In this document: one piece after another, positions 11,016 to 20,999 of the stretch | Layout of the letters: every line of letters begins with the position of its first letter | Position numbering within the stretch: position 1 is the first letter of the stretch | Source: Tetramitus jugosus | Lineage: Eukaryota; Protista; Heterolobosea | Assembly: GCA_937625935.1 (NCBI GenBank) | Contig: OW569391.1 | Span: 1-64,000, forward strand | Reading direction: 5' to 3' | DNA: 64,000 nt | Notes under the pieces: model-generated | Told to the model about the DNA's origin: nothing | Databases searched by the model: none | Seen by the model: the letters and a program-made list of their open reading frames with translations, nothing else | Position numbers and translations under genes: made by a program

Positions 11016-11894
11016 ATGAAGACTTACACTTTCAATTGTGTATCGAAGTCAAACAGACACAATCATACACCATGAAGTTTGTCATTATCCCCACCTGTCA
11101 ATGCATTGGTGCCAAGTACCTTCAGTCCACCAACGAGCAACACAGCCCCTCTCACGAGGCAACGTGTGTCGAATCACAATCAATGAAACAACCAGACTGG
11201 TACCCCGCTTGAGTGCATTCGTCTTGAGCTTGCCAACCAGTTTCAGTGTTCAATCTTTTGAGTTTGACATGTCAGAGCCGAAACCGAACGACAAGAAACC
11301 TTGGAACCAGTGACGAAGAGAAGCAGAATTGAAACCATGGGAGTATCAGTGATAAGCGCCACTGCGTTCGTGGTCACAACAGCAGAATCATTGACAATGT
11401 TACAGAGTCTGATGTTGATTGTCTAGTCAATGCTCTTCAGTTAAACGAGCGTCGCCATAACAGGATCATTGGTCATCGGCGGTTGTGTTAGATGTTGCCG
11501 GTGGAGTGGCGCACTCGGGCCAGCCGTACACCTCACACGCAAAACACAAGAAAAACCGCACCGTTGCAGGCGCAAGCGGACGGCCAGCAATTAACGGTTC
11601 GAAAAAAAGTGCAACGACGACAACCGATTCACCCGCACAGCAGAAAGAAGAGCAAGCCATCCTCTTCTGTCACGAAACGTGAAATGTTTCGCTTGCGATG
11701 TGCTTCATTCGTCTTTTTTTAACCCACTTTCGATTTCTCCCATTGGCCACCATTTGTCTTTACAACTCTTAACGGCCTTCCCACTAATACCTTGTGAGGT
11801 TTAAATAGTTTGCTTCCAACCTGTTTTCTTGGAGAGCACCATACAAAGACATAACAAACCTCTAACCAAGCAGTAACTCTCACTACAAGGATGA

Positions 11895-12548
11895 ATAATC
11901 AACCGAACAACAAGATTTCCCTTCCAGCAAAGTCTCAAGCTCCATCTTAATGGGAAAGATGTTAAAGGAACATTGGTGCATATGGACAAGACCAATATGG
12001 TACCTGTTATCACAATGACTAACGTTTCTCGACTCACCACTCTTCAAGACTTGTTTGCCAAGGAGTCTCCAAACTCTGGACTATCATGGATCTCTATTCA
12101 AGATTCACATGGAAACTGGAAAAAGATGGGAGATACAGGATTAGAAACAAGTAGAGCTTTTTCTAAACTTGTTGAAAATGGTCCAAAGAGCGAAAAGGTC
12201 CGTTCCTTCTTGAATCGACGATTTACTAAGGACAAGTCCAATGTCCTGGGCTCTGTAAAAAGAGGTGTTGAACTACAAGCTAAAAGAACCAATGTCAGTC
12301 CTCCCTCGGACTCCAGTGCTGAACGTCCATCAAAGAAAAGAAGAACCGAGGTGGCCTCCTTCACACTGAGAACTGACAAAGAAGGGGCTGAATTAGTTAA
12401 CACTGTTCGTGCTTTCGTAGCTTTCCGCGCCGAAGCCATGCTCTACAAACAGCGAGCTTCAGACCAGATCGAAGCTTTGGGTGGAACACTTGAATTGGAG
12501 TCGTTGATTACCAAAGCTGTAAGACGTCAAACAAGAGGACCCAAATGA
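11895..12548 (+). pseudogene. ORF of unknown function, 5' end broken by a stop; NLS-like PSKKRR
   Basis: Open frame of about 215 codons in a decayed region. Confidence 0.35.
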
Positions 12549-13823
12549 GTCACTTTCTCTGCTAAAACATACTCACGATAAACAAAATCATTGCACACTC
12601 AATCATATTTCAAAAGGAGGAATCCAGCAGAGTTTTGTTTCCACGTGAAACACAAATCATGCTCACTGTTTTACCATTGATTCCAGATCGAAGCCGCCAA
12701 ATTGACAGCGCACGGAATCGTGATTCGCGTGATATGATACGACTGACTTCGGTGTTTGATACCGTCTTTGTGGACAGGCGCTTTTGAATCTACAACAGAA
12801 GACGATGATTTGAGTCTCAAGCTTGTACTTACAGGTCTTTTTGTGTAGCGTTCTCAAATAAGAACACCCTTTTTTCGGCTAGCCGACACTTTTTCCCTGT
12901 CCCTCCAGACGCTCGAGACAATTCCTGAATACGCGTAAAAGTGGTCAGGAAGGAGCCTTCATCATTTTGAGTGTCACCACAGAATCTTGTCTTGTGATCA
13001 AACGAACTCGTCGTCCTTCAAAAAATTCCACAAGGCCCGGAGACATAGGAGACCAACCGCGGTGAGAGCAGAACTTTGTTCGTGACAGGTGAGGGTCTGG
13101 GAATGCTCGATCCTCACGAACTACCAAAGGGTGACCTGGGTCCCGCTGGGGCCGCCGACTTGTGCAACTTCCTCCAAAAAACCACATTTTCAAATCTGTG
13201 TCGAAAACGAGAGGAAGAGTGAAAACACAGCAGCAACAAGGTCATCAAAATACAATTATTCAGCAAGGGAACGAGGTGAAGTGACAACAAATTTGGATCT
13301 TATTGTATGACCAGGATCAGGAGAAGACTCAGTTTGAAGGAACCGAGCTCGGTTAACCATTGTTTTCGCCATTCCTATTGCATCCATGCGCAATTCTTAC
13401 CTTTGGTCATGTGTGGAGTGAAGCAGCATTTCATGATGAAAAAACTCAGGAAAGCTTCTCAAGAGGACGACAATGGATCTTTGCTCTTCTGATACATTTT
13501 GTTCTTCAACATTAGTCGCCGGCGATCGGTAACTGCACTATCTACACTATCAAGGATGAACGAGTTCCACCAATACGAACAAACATACTTACCAACTCGA
13601 CCATAAAGAAATGCCGTCCAGTCATTTACCCTGGATCGATTTGGTCAGTTACTTGAGTCTAAAAGCTTGCAAGTTGGATCCGAAGAAGAAACAGACAGCC
13701 ATAATGCCTCTCTTTCATCATCATAGAGCTCAACCTTTGTTGTTGATGATACTCGTACCTCAATGTAGAGGACCTTGTATGATAAAATAGGTTTCCAGTG
13801 GTGATGATATTGAAACCCAGGAA

Positions 13824-14105
13824 TTGTGTTGTTCATGTGGTACAACATGGAGAGTACTTTGCACAACAGCCAAAAAATTTTTGACTTCATTTCAAAAAGA
13901 TGACCAAGTGGATGTTGCCAACGGCAGAGTCACCCTGAACAAGCATTGTGTAGCTCTGAACACATGTAAATGTCGAGAAGGATACAGTGGCGATGATTGC
14001 TCTATTCCTATATGCTTCGGATATTCGAGTAGTAGCCATACCGATTGTTCTTCTAAGGGAAAGTGTATAGCAACCAACAAGTGCGTTTGTACACCTGTAT
14101 ATTAG
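13824..14105 (+). pseudogene. Fragment of an EGF-repeat surface protein gene
   Basis: CVALNTCKCREGYSGDDCSIPICFG...CSSKGKCIATNKCVC is the same repeat type as at 29034 and 60846. Ends in a premature stop. Confidence 0.8.
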
Positions 14106-14393
14106 GAGATACACGATCTATTAATCCTGATCTTCTGGTGTTGTTGTCACTTTTGATAATTCCTCTTGTGATAGACGATCGTCTTCCTTTATCGTAGATG
14201 CATCTACCAGTGTACTATGAAGAAGTCGACAATATCACAATCAATTGGTTCCCTTTGTTGTACTACTGTTTCGTCTGGTGGGAAACTCCGAACACCAAAA
14301 ATGGTTTGAACGTTGGATGTCATGATGGAACATACCGCATCTGGGCAGTCCATTTTGTGCTGCACATAAAAAACAAAAAGAAATCCTCATATC

Positions 14394-15852
14394 ATGATCA
14401 ACGATTATGTGTTCACTCTTGCATCTCTTCTTGACGGTATGTTCATGGTGATCCTCAATCAATCGAATTGTTCTTTGTTCTCATTGTTCCCTCATCTCTT
14501 TGTTTCGTGTGCTTTCAGATGAAGAATGCAGACAATGTCTTCGCCTCTTCTTGAAGAGAGAACACAACTTGGAGTCCTTAGAATTTCTGGATCAACTTGT
14601 TGTTCTAGAACAATTGCAGAGCAAGACAACAATATCAACGTTGCAGAAATTGATTGATCACGTGGATTACGTTGTCAACACCTATGTGATGGTAAATTCA
14701 CCCAAACAAATTAATGTTTCGGCCAATGAAAGAGACCATGTAGTCAACCATGTGAATTTGTGGAAAACAGGGTTGAATTCAGGTGACGTAGACACTATTT
14801 CAATGACAAGTTCACAACCGTTTCAACACTTCAAAAGCATGAAGCTCGTTGTGGAAACAGAAATGATGTGCGATGTGTTACCTAGGTTTCTTCGCTCTCA
14901 AATATGGACAAGTTTAGTGTACAAGAATGACCTAAATATTATAAGGAGGGTAGGACGACATAAGCGAGCTCTAGAAATGTCCTATTCAGACGATGATTTT
15001 GTTGAACATGTAGTCGAGGACAGAGATTTGAAATTTCAGTGGAGTTTGTCAGAAGATAATGCTGATTGGAAGCTAGTCGGATGGAGCAAAAAAAGAAAGA
15101 TTATGGCTTTCTCGTCGAGTCATATCTTGGAATATTTCCCTGATGTTTCTTGGATGAGAGAGGGCTCAGTTTCAAAATTCATTGGCATTCTACCCTTTTC
15201 GTTCGAAGTATGCGAACATTATTTGTTTCACTCTAAGTACATGCAAGTGTTCGATGATAATGTTGTGGGACACCGAACTCTCGAGTATTATACTCACGAG
15301 GAGTTGAAATTAAAATATCCAACCAAGAATGTGTCCGAAGGCAGAACATGCGCAGTAGTAATGTACAATGTTAAGTTTCCATTCCCACTAGCTCCTAGAG
15401 TATATTGTGTTGCTGTGAGTGGATATTTTGATAAGGAATCGATGGAAGGAGTATTAATCTATAAGCCATGTCATCATCCAGAGCTAGACAAGATAAATCG
15501 GAATAGAGTGTGCTTCTTTAGGGATATTCAGCTCTATTTGCTAAAGAAAATTGACGATCAAAGAACAATGTACTTTCAAATTCATGCATGTGATGTTGGT
15601 AGTTCCCTGGGTAACAAGTTAGCAAAACTTGTCATGTATCAGAGAAGCAAACAACTCAGTGCTAACATCAACAAATTTTTACGATCTGTTGCACATCTTC
15701 CAATCCCTGAGCCTGACTTAGAAGATGGAGTGATGAGAACATACTTGGATCATAAGAGCCATACACCCTCTGTGCCTGAATCAGATGTTCGGCGTAGTTC
15801 TTCTGATACTGACTCAGATTTCAAGAACACCTTTGGGTCAATTTTTGCTTGA
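14394..15852 (+). CDS. RGS domain + START lipid-binding domain protein (intron 14437-14518)
   Basis: RGS motifs FLKREHNLESLEF, SPKQINVS and DVLPRFLRS. START-like C-terminal part (FPFPLAPR). GTATGT..CAG intron joins MINDYVFTLASLLD to DEECR in frame. Confidence 0.88.
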
Positions 15853-16169
15853 GCCAAAGAACGATCAAATTTCTAACTTTTCAGTTTGCCCTCTTAGTAT
15901 CTTCACTTTACCACGGCGACATTAAGGTCCTGAGGACGATCCTGCTGTAGAGGTATTAAGGGTATGTTAACTCCATGTGACAGAGTACAAATTTCACAGA
16001 GCCTCAAGATGGCATCAGCGTGCAGCTCTCCCATTAGTCCTGATTCTCTACAAGTGGATGGCACAACTAATAAATGCGATTCCCCAAGTGTCGGAAGAAA
16101 TATTCATCCAGTTTTTTCAGTCAGAACTTCTTTCCTCGCCAGGCTACAACAAGAAAGATTCAGAACAGC

Positions 16170-17051
16170 ATGACAATGAAAAGACCAGCCACAGAGGAAA
16201 GCATTCCTGCCAAGATCCCAAAAACTGCAGAGGACGAAGAGCCCCAAGAAGACTTTGACGTGAATCGAGATGTCAAATGTGGCATCTCTCCAAGTGTGTA
16301 CTTGAGAGAACAGAGCATCATGTTCAACATGGCTTCCTGTCTGCCTCCGTACACTGGAATCGATGTTGGATATTCCTTTGAAGATTTACCATGGGAATCC
16401 TTTGTGAAGTCCGTATTGGAACTTAACAAGATCAACCATCAAGTCGATCAGAAGCAACTGACAGTATCCTTGGATTTGATGAAACATCAGTTGACCCACG
16501 GTGATATTGTCAACATGTCAAATTATCGATTGATTCACGCATACGTTGTGTATCGTCTCAAGCCAGCCGATACGCCATTGCTCCTCAAAACATACATGGA
16601 ATATGGTTATGGTGCTCCCTGTGATTTCTCTGATGCCCCAAGGGGCTATTTCCTTGGAGCTTATGATCTCTGGTACTATTACCATCTGCCTGATTGCCTA
16701 TGGCCAGGATCAGACATCTATGATGAGGTCATAAAAGAAATTCAAGAGAAAAAGAATCCAGATCGTCCTTCGGTATCTCGTCGCGGCCATCAAAGTATAG
16801 AGCCATCTCGCTTTCCATCTGATTATGTGCTCATCTATGAGGAAGGTTTGGATAGATTGATCCCCTCATGGCTCACTCTCAATCAAGTGGAGGATGATGG
16901 CCTCACAAGTGCAGGGGTTGCCCGAATAAGACAGAGATATCAAAACAGAAGACAGATGCTGTGCAGTGCTACCTCCACGATTACTCATGGCCTTTTCAAG
17001 AACAAAATTCCTCAAGACCTGATCATTCACATGACAGCATTCATTGCTTGA
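16170..17051 (+). CDS. Hypothetical protein with a C-terminal F-box-like motif
   Basis: Long ORF (alternative ATG at 16074) ending in KIPQDLIIHMTAFIA. Confidence 0.65.
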   Translation: MTMKRPATEESIPAKIPKTAEDEEPQEDFDVNRDVKCGISPSVYLREQSIMFNMASCLPPYTGIDVGYSFEDLPWESFVKSVLELNKINHQVDQKQLTVSLDLMKHQLTHGDIVNMSNYRLIHAYVVYRLKPADTPLLLKTYMEYGYGAPCDFSDAPRGYFLGAYDLWYYYHLPDCLWPGSDIYDEVIKEIQEKKNPDRPSVSRRGHQSIEPSRFPSDYVLIYEEGLDRLIPSWLTLNQVEDDGLTSAGVARIRQRYQNRRQMLCSATSTITHGLFKNKIPQDLIIHMTAFIA

Positions 17052-17188
17052 GTTGCGAAAGGATACTGCCGTGCATGCTGTTTGTTCTAGGCTTCGAATC
17101 TCTGCGCACTGTGATAACACTCATACGTTGCTCATAAAGCCAGCTCCCTGCTGGATTGAGTGAAGTCACAACATGTTTTATTCTAATT

Positions 17189-18076
17189 CTAAGCATTAAT
17201 GATAGCTCCCCCATTAGGATGCAATATCTGTCCAGTCATGAAGGAACTGTCTTCAGATGCAAGGAAAACATAACAAGTGGCACATTCGAAAGGTTGTCCA
17301 GGTCTTCCCAGAGCTGTGTGCTTCCCAAACTCCTTAACCTTGTCCTCGGGCATACTTGAGGGAATGAATGGCGTCCAAATTGGACCCGGTGCAACTCCAT
17401 TGACTCGGATACCCTTTGGAGCCAAGCTCTGGGATAGTGATCTTGTGAAAGTGGTGATTGCTCCGTTTGTTGCAGAATAGTCTATCATCTCCTTCTTTCC
17501 CTTGTATGCAGTGACCGAAGTAGTGTTGATGATACAACACTGATTGTGCTCCTTCATGTGATCCAAAGCAAATTGAGTCAAATAGAAGAAACTGAACACA
17601 TTGGTTTTGAAGGTTTTCTCCAATTGATCCGGAGAAATATCTCTCAAATCTTCCTGCCAGTACTGAACTCCTGCATGGTTGACCAGGATATCCAATTGAT
17701 CTCTTCCAAATTCTTTGAGAGTTGTATCGATGGCTTTCTTACAGAAATCGCGGTCCGATACATCTCCACAAATCAACACGCACTTTTGACCTTCTTCCTC
17801 GACGAGTTTCTTGGTCTCATTGGCATCTTCATGATTCTTCAGATAGACAATGGCAACATCCGCTTTTTCTCTTGCAAAGAGAATGGAAACGGAACGACCA
17901 ATACCAGAATCTCCACCAGTAATCAGAGCAATCTTGCCCTTGAGTTTTTCAGCTCCCTTGTAGTAAGCCTTGTTGTCATACTGTGGAGGAGGGTTCATCT
18001 GCTTTTCAGAGCCTGGATGGGTCTTTTGCTGCTGAGGAGGAATGTCCGTTGGCTTTTCCATTGATGTTTCTACCAT
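17189..18076 (-). CDS. Short-chain dehydrogenase/reductase, glucose-ribitol dehydrogenase/YhxC-like
   Basis: PPQQQ..PG.E..M.P.P leader, TGGDSGIGR, GIRVNGVAPGPIWT and GRPGQP motifs. The catalytic motif reads YSATN instead of YxxxK. Confidence 0.95.
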   Translation of the reverse strand: MVETSMEKPTDIPPQQQKTHPGSEKQMNPPPQYDNKAYYKGAEKLKGKIALITGGDSGIGRSVSILFAREKADVAIVYLKNHEDANETKKLVEEEGQKCVLICGDVSDRDFCKKAIDTTLKEFGRDQLDILVNHAGVQYWQEDLRDISPDQLEKTFKTNVFSFFYLTQFALDHMKEHNQCCIINTTSVTAYKGKKEMIDYSATNGAITTFTRSLSQSLAPKGIRVNGVAPGPIWTPFIPSSMPEDKVKEFGKHTALGRPGQPFECATCYVFLASEDSSFMTGQILHPNGGAIINA

Positions 18077-18319
18077 GGTATCGAAATGTAGTACTATGTG
18101 TGTAACGTTGTTTCTTTTGGTTCGTATTCACTTCAAAGAGAGGCTTCAATTTATCCCCACTGATACTTGGCTGAGCCGAACAGGATGATACATTTTATTC
18201 TTGACACTTCATGATATGTGAAATTAGGGGCTTATATTTATACCTTGTTCATCGAGAGATCAAGATCTGTTAACTCAGTCGGAAGGAATTGTAATGGAAA
18301 TATCATTTTATCCTTAAAT

Positions 18320-20701
18320 TTAGAATTCAAAGATTGTTGATTCATTGAAACCCAGTCTGTGAAGATGAGGAATACAAGCGTGGTCAATCATTGCGGGAGG
18401 TCCGCAGAGGAGAACAATAGAGTCATCAGATGGTGGAAACAGATACTCCCTGATCATCGTATCATTAATCCTTCCAACACTGAACTTCCAATTCTTGTCA
18501 GCTTCACTACTCAGGGTGTACCAAACTGTAAATCGCTTGTCCGTCTTAACCATTTCATCCAGTTCACTCCGTAACAGAATATCGCTTTCTGAATGATTTG
18601 AATACAGAAGAGCCACCTTTGTGGTATCGTTAGGGTCTTGAAGAACAGTTTTTGCAAGTTGATACAGAGGAGTGATACCGGTGCCTCCTCCAATCATTGA
18701 GATTCTGTTCACCTTTATCGTTGTTGAATGCACTGTGATCACTCCTCTTCCTAAATAGTGAATATGACCAGCAGGACCCTTAATTTTGACTCGATCGCCA
18801 ATCTTAAGTTGATCAATGTATTGTGACATGATACCACCGGGTTTATCCTTTCTGTCATAGTACACTTTGATCAACAATTCTAAAAATCCCTTGTCATCCT
18901 TTCCCAAGGGATAGATAGGAGTGTATGGGCGAGCGATAAATGATTCTTGAATATCAGCACCCAAAAGAATATGATGTCCAGTAGGCAACCCAACTACTTT
19001 ATGAGTAGTGTCTTCGGGAAAAGTAAATTTGAATCGTTTGGTGTCATGGGACTCTTCCACCTTCTCTGTCAATTCGGCATTCAACCAAGTTGATGGATCT
19101 AAAATTGCATGCTCATAACTTTTCATTGACTCAGGGATGTGCACGAGACTACCAATGCAGAATCTGTCCTTGATTTCTTCTGCATCTTCTCCATGTATCT
19201 CTCTGAATAAGACACTCACATCAGTTCCATTCGCCATGAGCAAGATAGGAATTGAGCCTCCTGGATGTTCCTTCAAGTAACTAGTAACATCATACACGTC
19301 ATTATCAAGAATGATCCAACAATCATCCTCCTTATTATGCTTCATTACTTCTTCTCTAGTGTAATGTGACTTGGATCGATCAATTGAAATAGAATGAGGT
19401 CTTATAGGGGTCTTATCTCTCCATCCTCCGTGCATGTGATTGGGTTGTACAGGATGTGTGAATAGAACCTCGAGATACTGGTCTTGCTCCTCTATTTCAT
19501 TGATATCAACTTTCACTCTATAGTAACTATTATTCATCATTCCAAGAAGATTCCAAGTTGGTTCATTCGGCTGAGTATTGCAGCTCCTGTCCCATGCTCT
19601 GACCACTAATTCCTTCGCTTTCATGAACTTCCATAAAGGAATTTTGTACTCCCAGTGACACCAAACCCAAGTTTTTAGACCATGACGCACCGATTCGTCG
19701 AGAAACAATAATTCACACAAATCCCAAGTGTTTCCTCCATCTATTGAGAGTTCTACCCGATTTATCTTTCGGCCTCCACCAGAGTATGCATAACCTCGAA
19801 CTGTGAAAAACTCTGTTTCATTCGACATTTTACCCAGATTCACCTTTTCTCCATGAATAGGGTGAGTGATAATAGAATTGATATTCAGATCATACAACGT
19901 ATACTCTGGCTTCTTCCACCATCCTCCAGAGTCTACTGTACTGAAGTCGACATTGGATGGGAGCACCTTATTATCATGCCAATGATAGAAATTATCAGTT
20001 TCCTTGTCCGACACAACAATGGTTTTCAACCATTTCACTTGTCTTCCCCCAACCATACCTGGAATGACAATACGAATAGGATAACCGTGATCCGGGTGTA
20101 ATCTCTCTCCGTTCATTTCGTATGCAACAATGACATCGCACGTAGGATCAAGTGCAATTTCAAGTGGGATACTGGTTCCATAGTGTCCCTGCACAAGATT
20201 ATCTGCCCCTTCGAACCATACATATTTTCCCTTACTCTCATCAACACCACAGCAACTCAACAGATCCCTTAATCTTGCACCTTTCCAGTTTGAAGTACTA
20301 ACGGCACCAGCACCCCAGTTGAAACCCTTCGTGTGTCGAATCATATTCAATTCCTTTCTTCGATTTCCATCGCACACCATAGTCACCGGAAAGGACACTG
20401 CCTCCATGCGAGAGATATCGTCCATTGAGAATTGCCTTTCTTCTTTCACTAGTCCCTTGACTTGCAGTGTATGTTTATCCCAATCGAGTTTAGGAACACT
20501 GCCATGAGATCTCACATAGTGAAGAGGAGCAGGTGTAATCAAATTGTTCATCAACAAGTGAGTTGGTGGCTCAGCATTCATTGGATGACTGCCAGTGAGG
20601 CGAATTAATCTCGAGTCTCGCTTGATCCAATGATCAGGAGTCATCAAATCTTGACCATCGACTCCATGGGAGGAATCTTCTTCGTAGTAACCTTGTCTCA
20701 T
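18320..20701 (-). CDS. Eukaryotic-type NAD(P)H:nitrate reductase (Moco, dimerisation, cytochrome b5, FAD and NAD domains)
   Basis: RLTGSHPMNAEP, LHYVRSHG, CDGNRRKE (Moco Cys), DHGYPIR, GYAYSGGGR, WNLLGMMNN, HPGG and IHG haem ligands, RPYTP, GGTGITP, CGPPAM. 793 aa, intronless. Confidence 0.96.
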   Translation of the reverse strand: MRQGYYEEDSSHGVDGQDLMTPDHWIKRDSRLIRLTGSHPMNAEPPTHLLMNNLITPAPLHYVRSHGSVPKLDWDKHTLQVKGLVKEERQFSMDDISRMEAVSFPVTMVCDGNRRKELNMIRHTKGFNWGAGAVSTSNWKGARLRDLLSCCGVDESKGKYVWFEGADNLVQGHYGTSIPLEIALDPTCDVIVAYEMNGERLHPDHGYPIRIVIPGMVGGRQVKWLKTIVVSDKETDNFYHWHDNKVLPSNVDFSTVDSGGWWKKPEYTLYDLNINSIITHPIHGEKVNLGKMSNETEFFTVRGYAYSGGGRKINRVELSIDGGNTWDLCELLFLDESVRHGLKTWVWCHWEYKIPLWKFMKAKELVVRAWDRSCNTQPNEPTWNLLGMMNNSYYRVKVDINEIEEQDQYLEVLFTHPVQPNHMHGGWRDKTPIRPHSISIDRSKSHYTREEVMKHNKEDDCWIILDNDVYDVTSYLKEHPGGSIPILLMANGTDVSVLFREIHGEDAEEIKDRFCIGSLVHIPESMKSYEHAILDPSTWLNAELTEKVEESHDTKRFKFTFPEDTTHKVVGLPTGHHILLGADIQESFIARPYTPIYPLGKDDKGFLELLIKVYYDRKDKPGGIMSQYIDQLKIGDRVKIKGPAGHIHYLGRGVITVHSTTIKVNRISMIGGGTGITPLYQLAKTVLQDPNDTTKVALLYSNHSESDILLRSELDEMVKTDKRFTVWYTLSSEADKNWKFSVGRINDTMIREYLFPPSDDSIVLLCGPPAMIDHACIPHLHRLGFNESTIFEF

Positions 20702-20999
20702 TTTGTTTTTCTAAGAATAAGATACTCGTAACGTAATGTATTCAACATGTCATTCATACCGTTCTTTCGTCCCAAGTTATTTTTGTCTTTATGTCGGATC
20801 AGCCGTTCACTCGTTGAAACTTCAATTTGTATGTGCCCCTTCATTAGTGGGAACGTCTCTCAACACAATGGTCACGTCTTGGAAGAGAAGGCGCTTCCAA
20901 ACGAATTGATGTTAGCCCTCCAGTGAGTGCTACCCAACAATAAAACGATCGTTCCTCAGTGTTGTGGAAGACAATCCATTGGGAAAGGGTTGTTCTCAT

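Noticed and set aside
12636-12652. parS-like palindrome TGTTTCCACGTGAAACA
   Set aside because: Single imperfect match in a eukaryotic chromosome with no parAB genes; probably chance.
4300-14105. Stop-codon reassignment as an explanation for the broken ORFs
   Set aside because: Conserved genes are fully open in the standard code and end in TAA, TAG and TGA, and the broken regions also need frameshifts.
17546-18064. 172-aa ORF on the + strand
   Set aside because: Antisense to the clearly conserved SDR gene.
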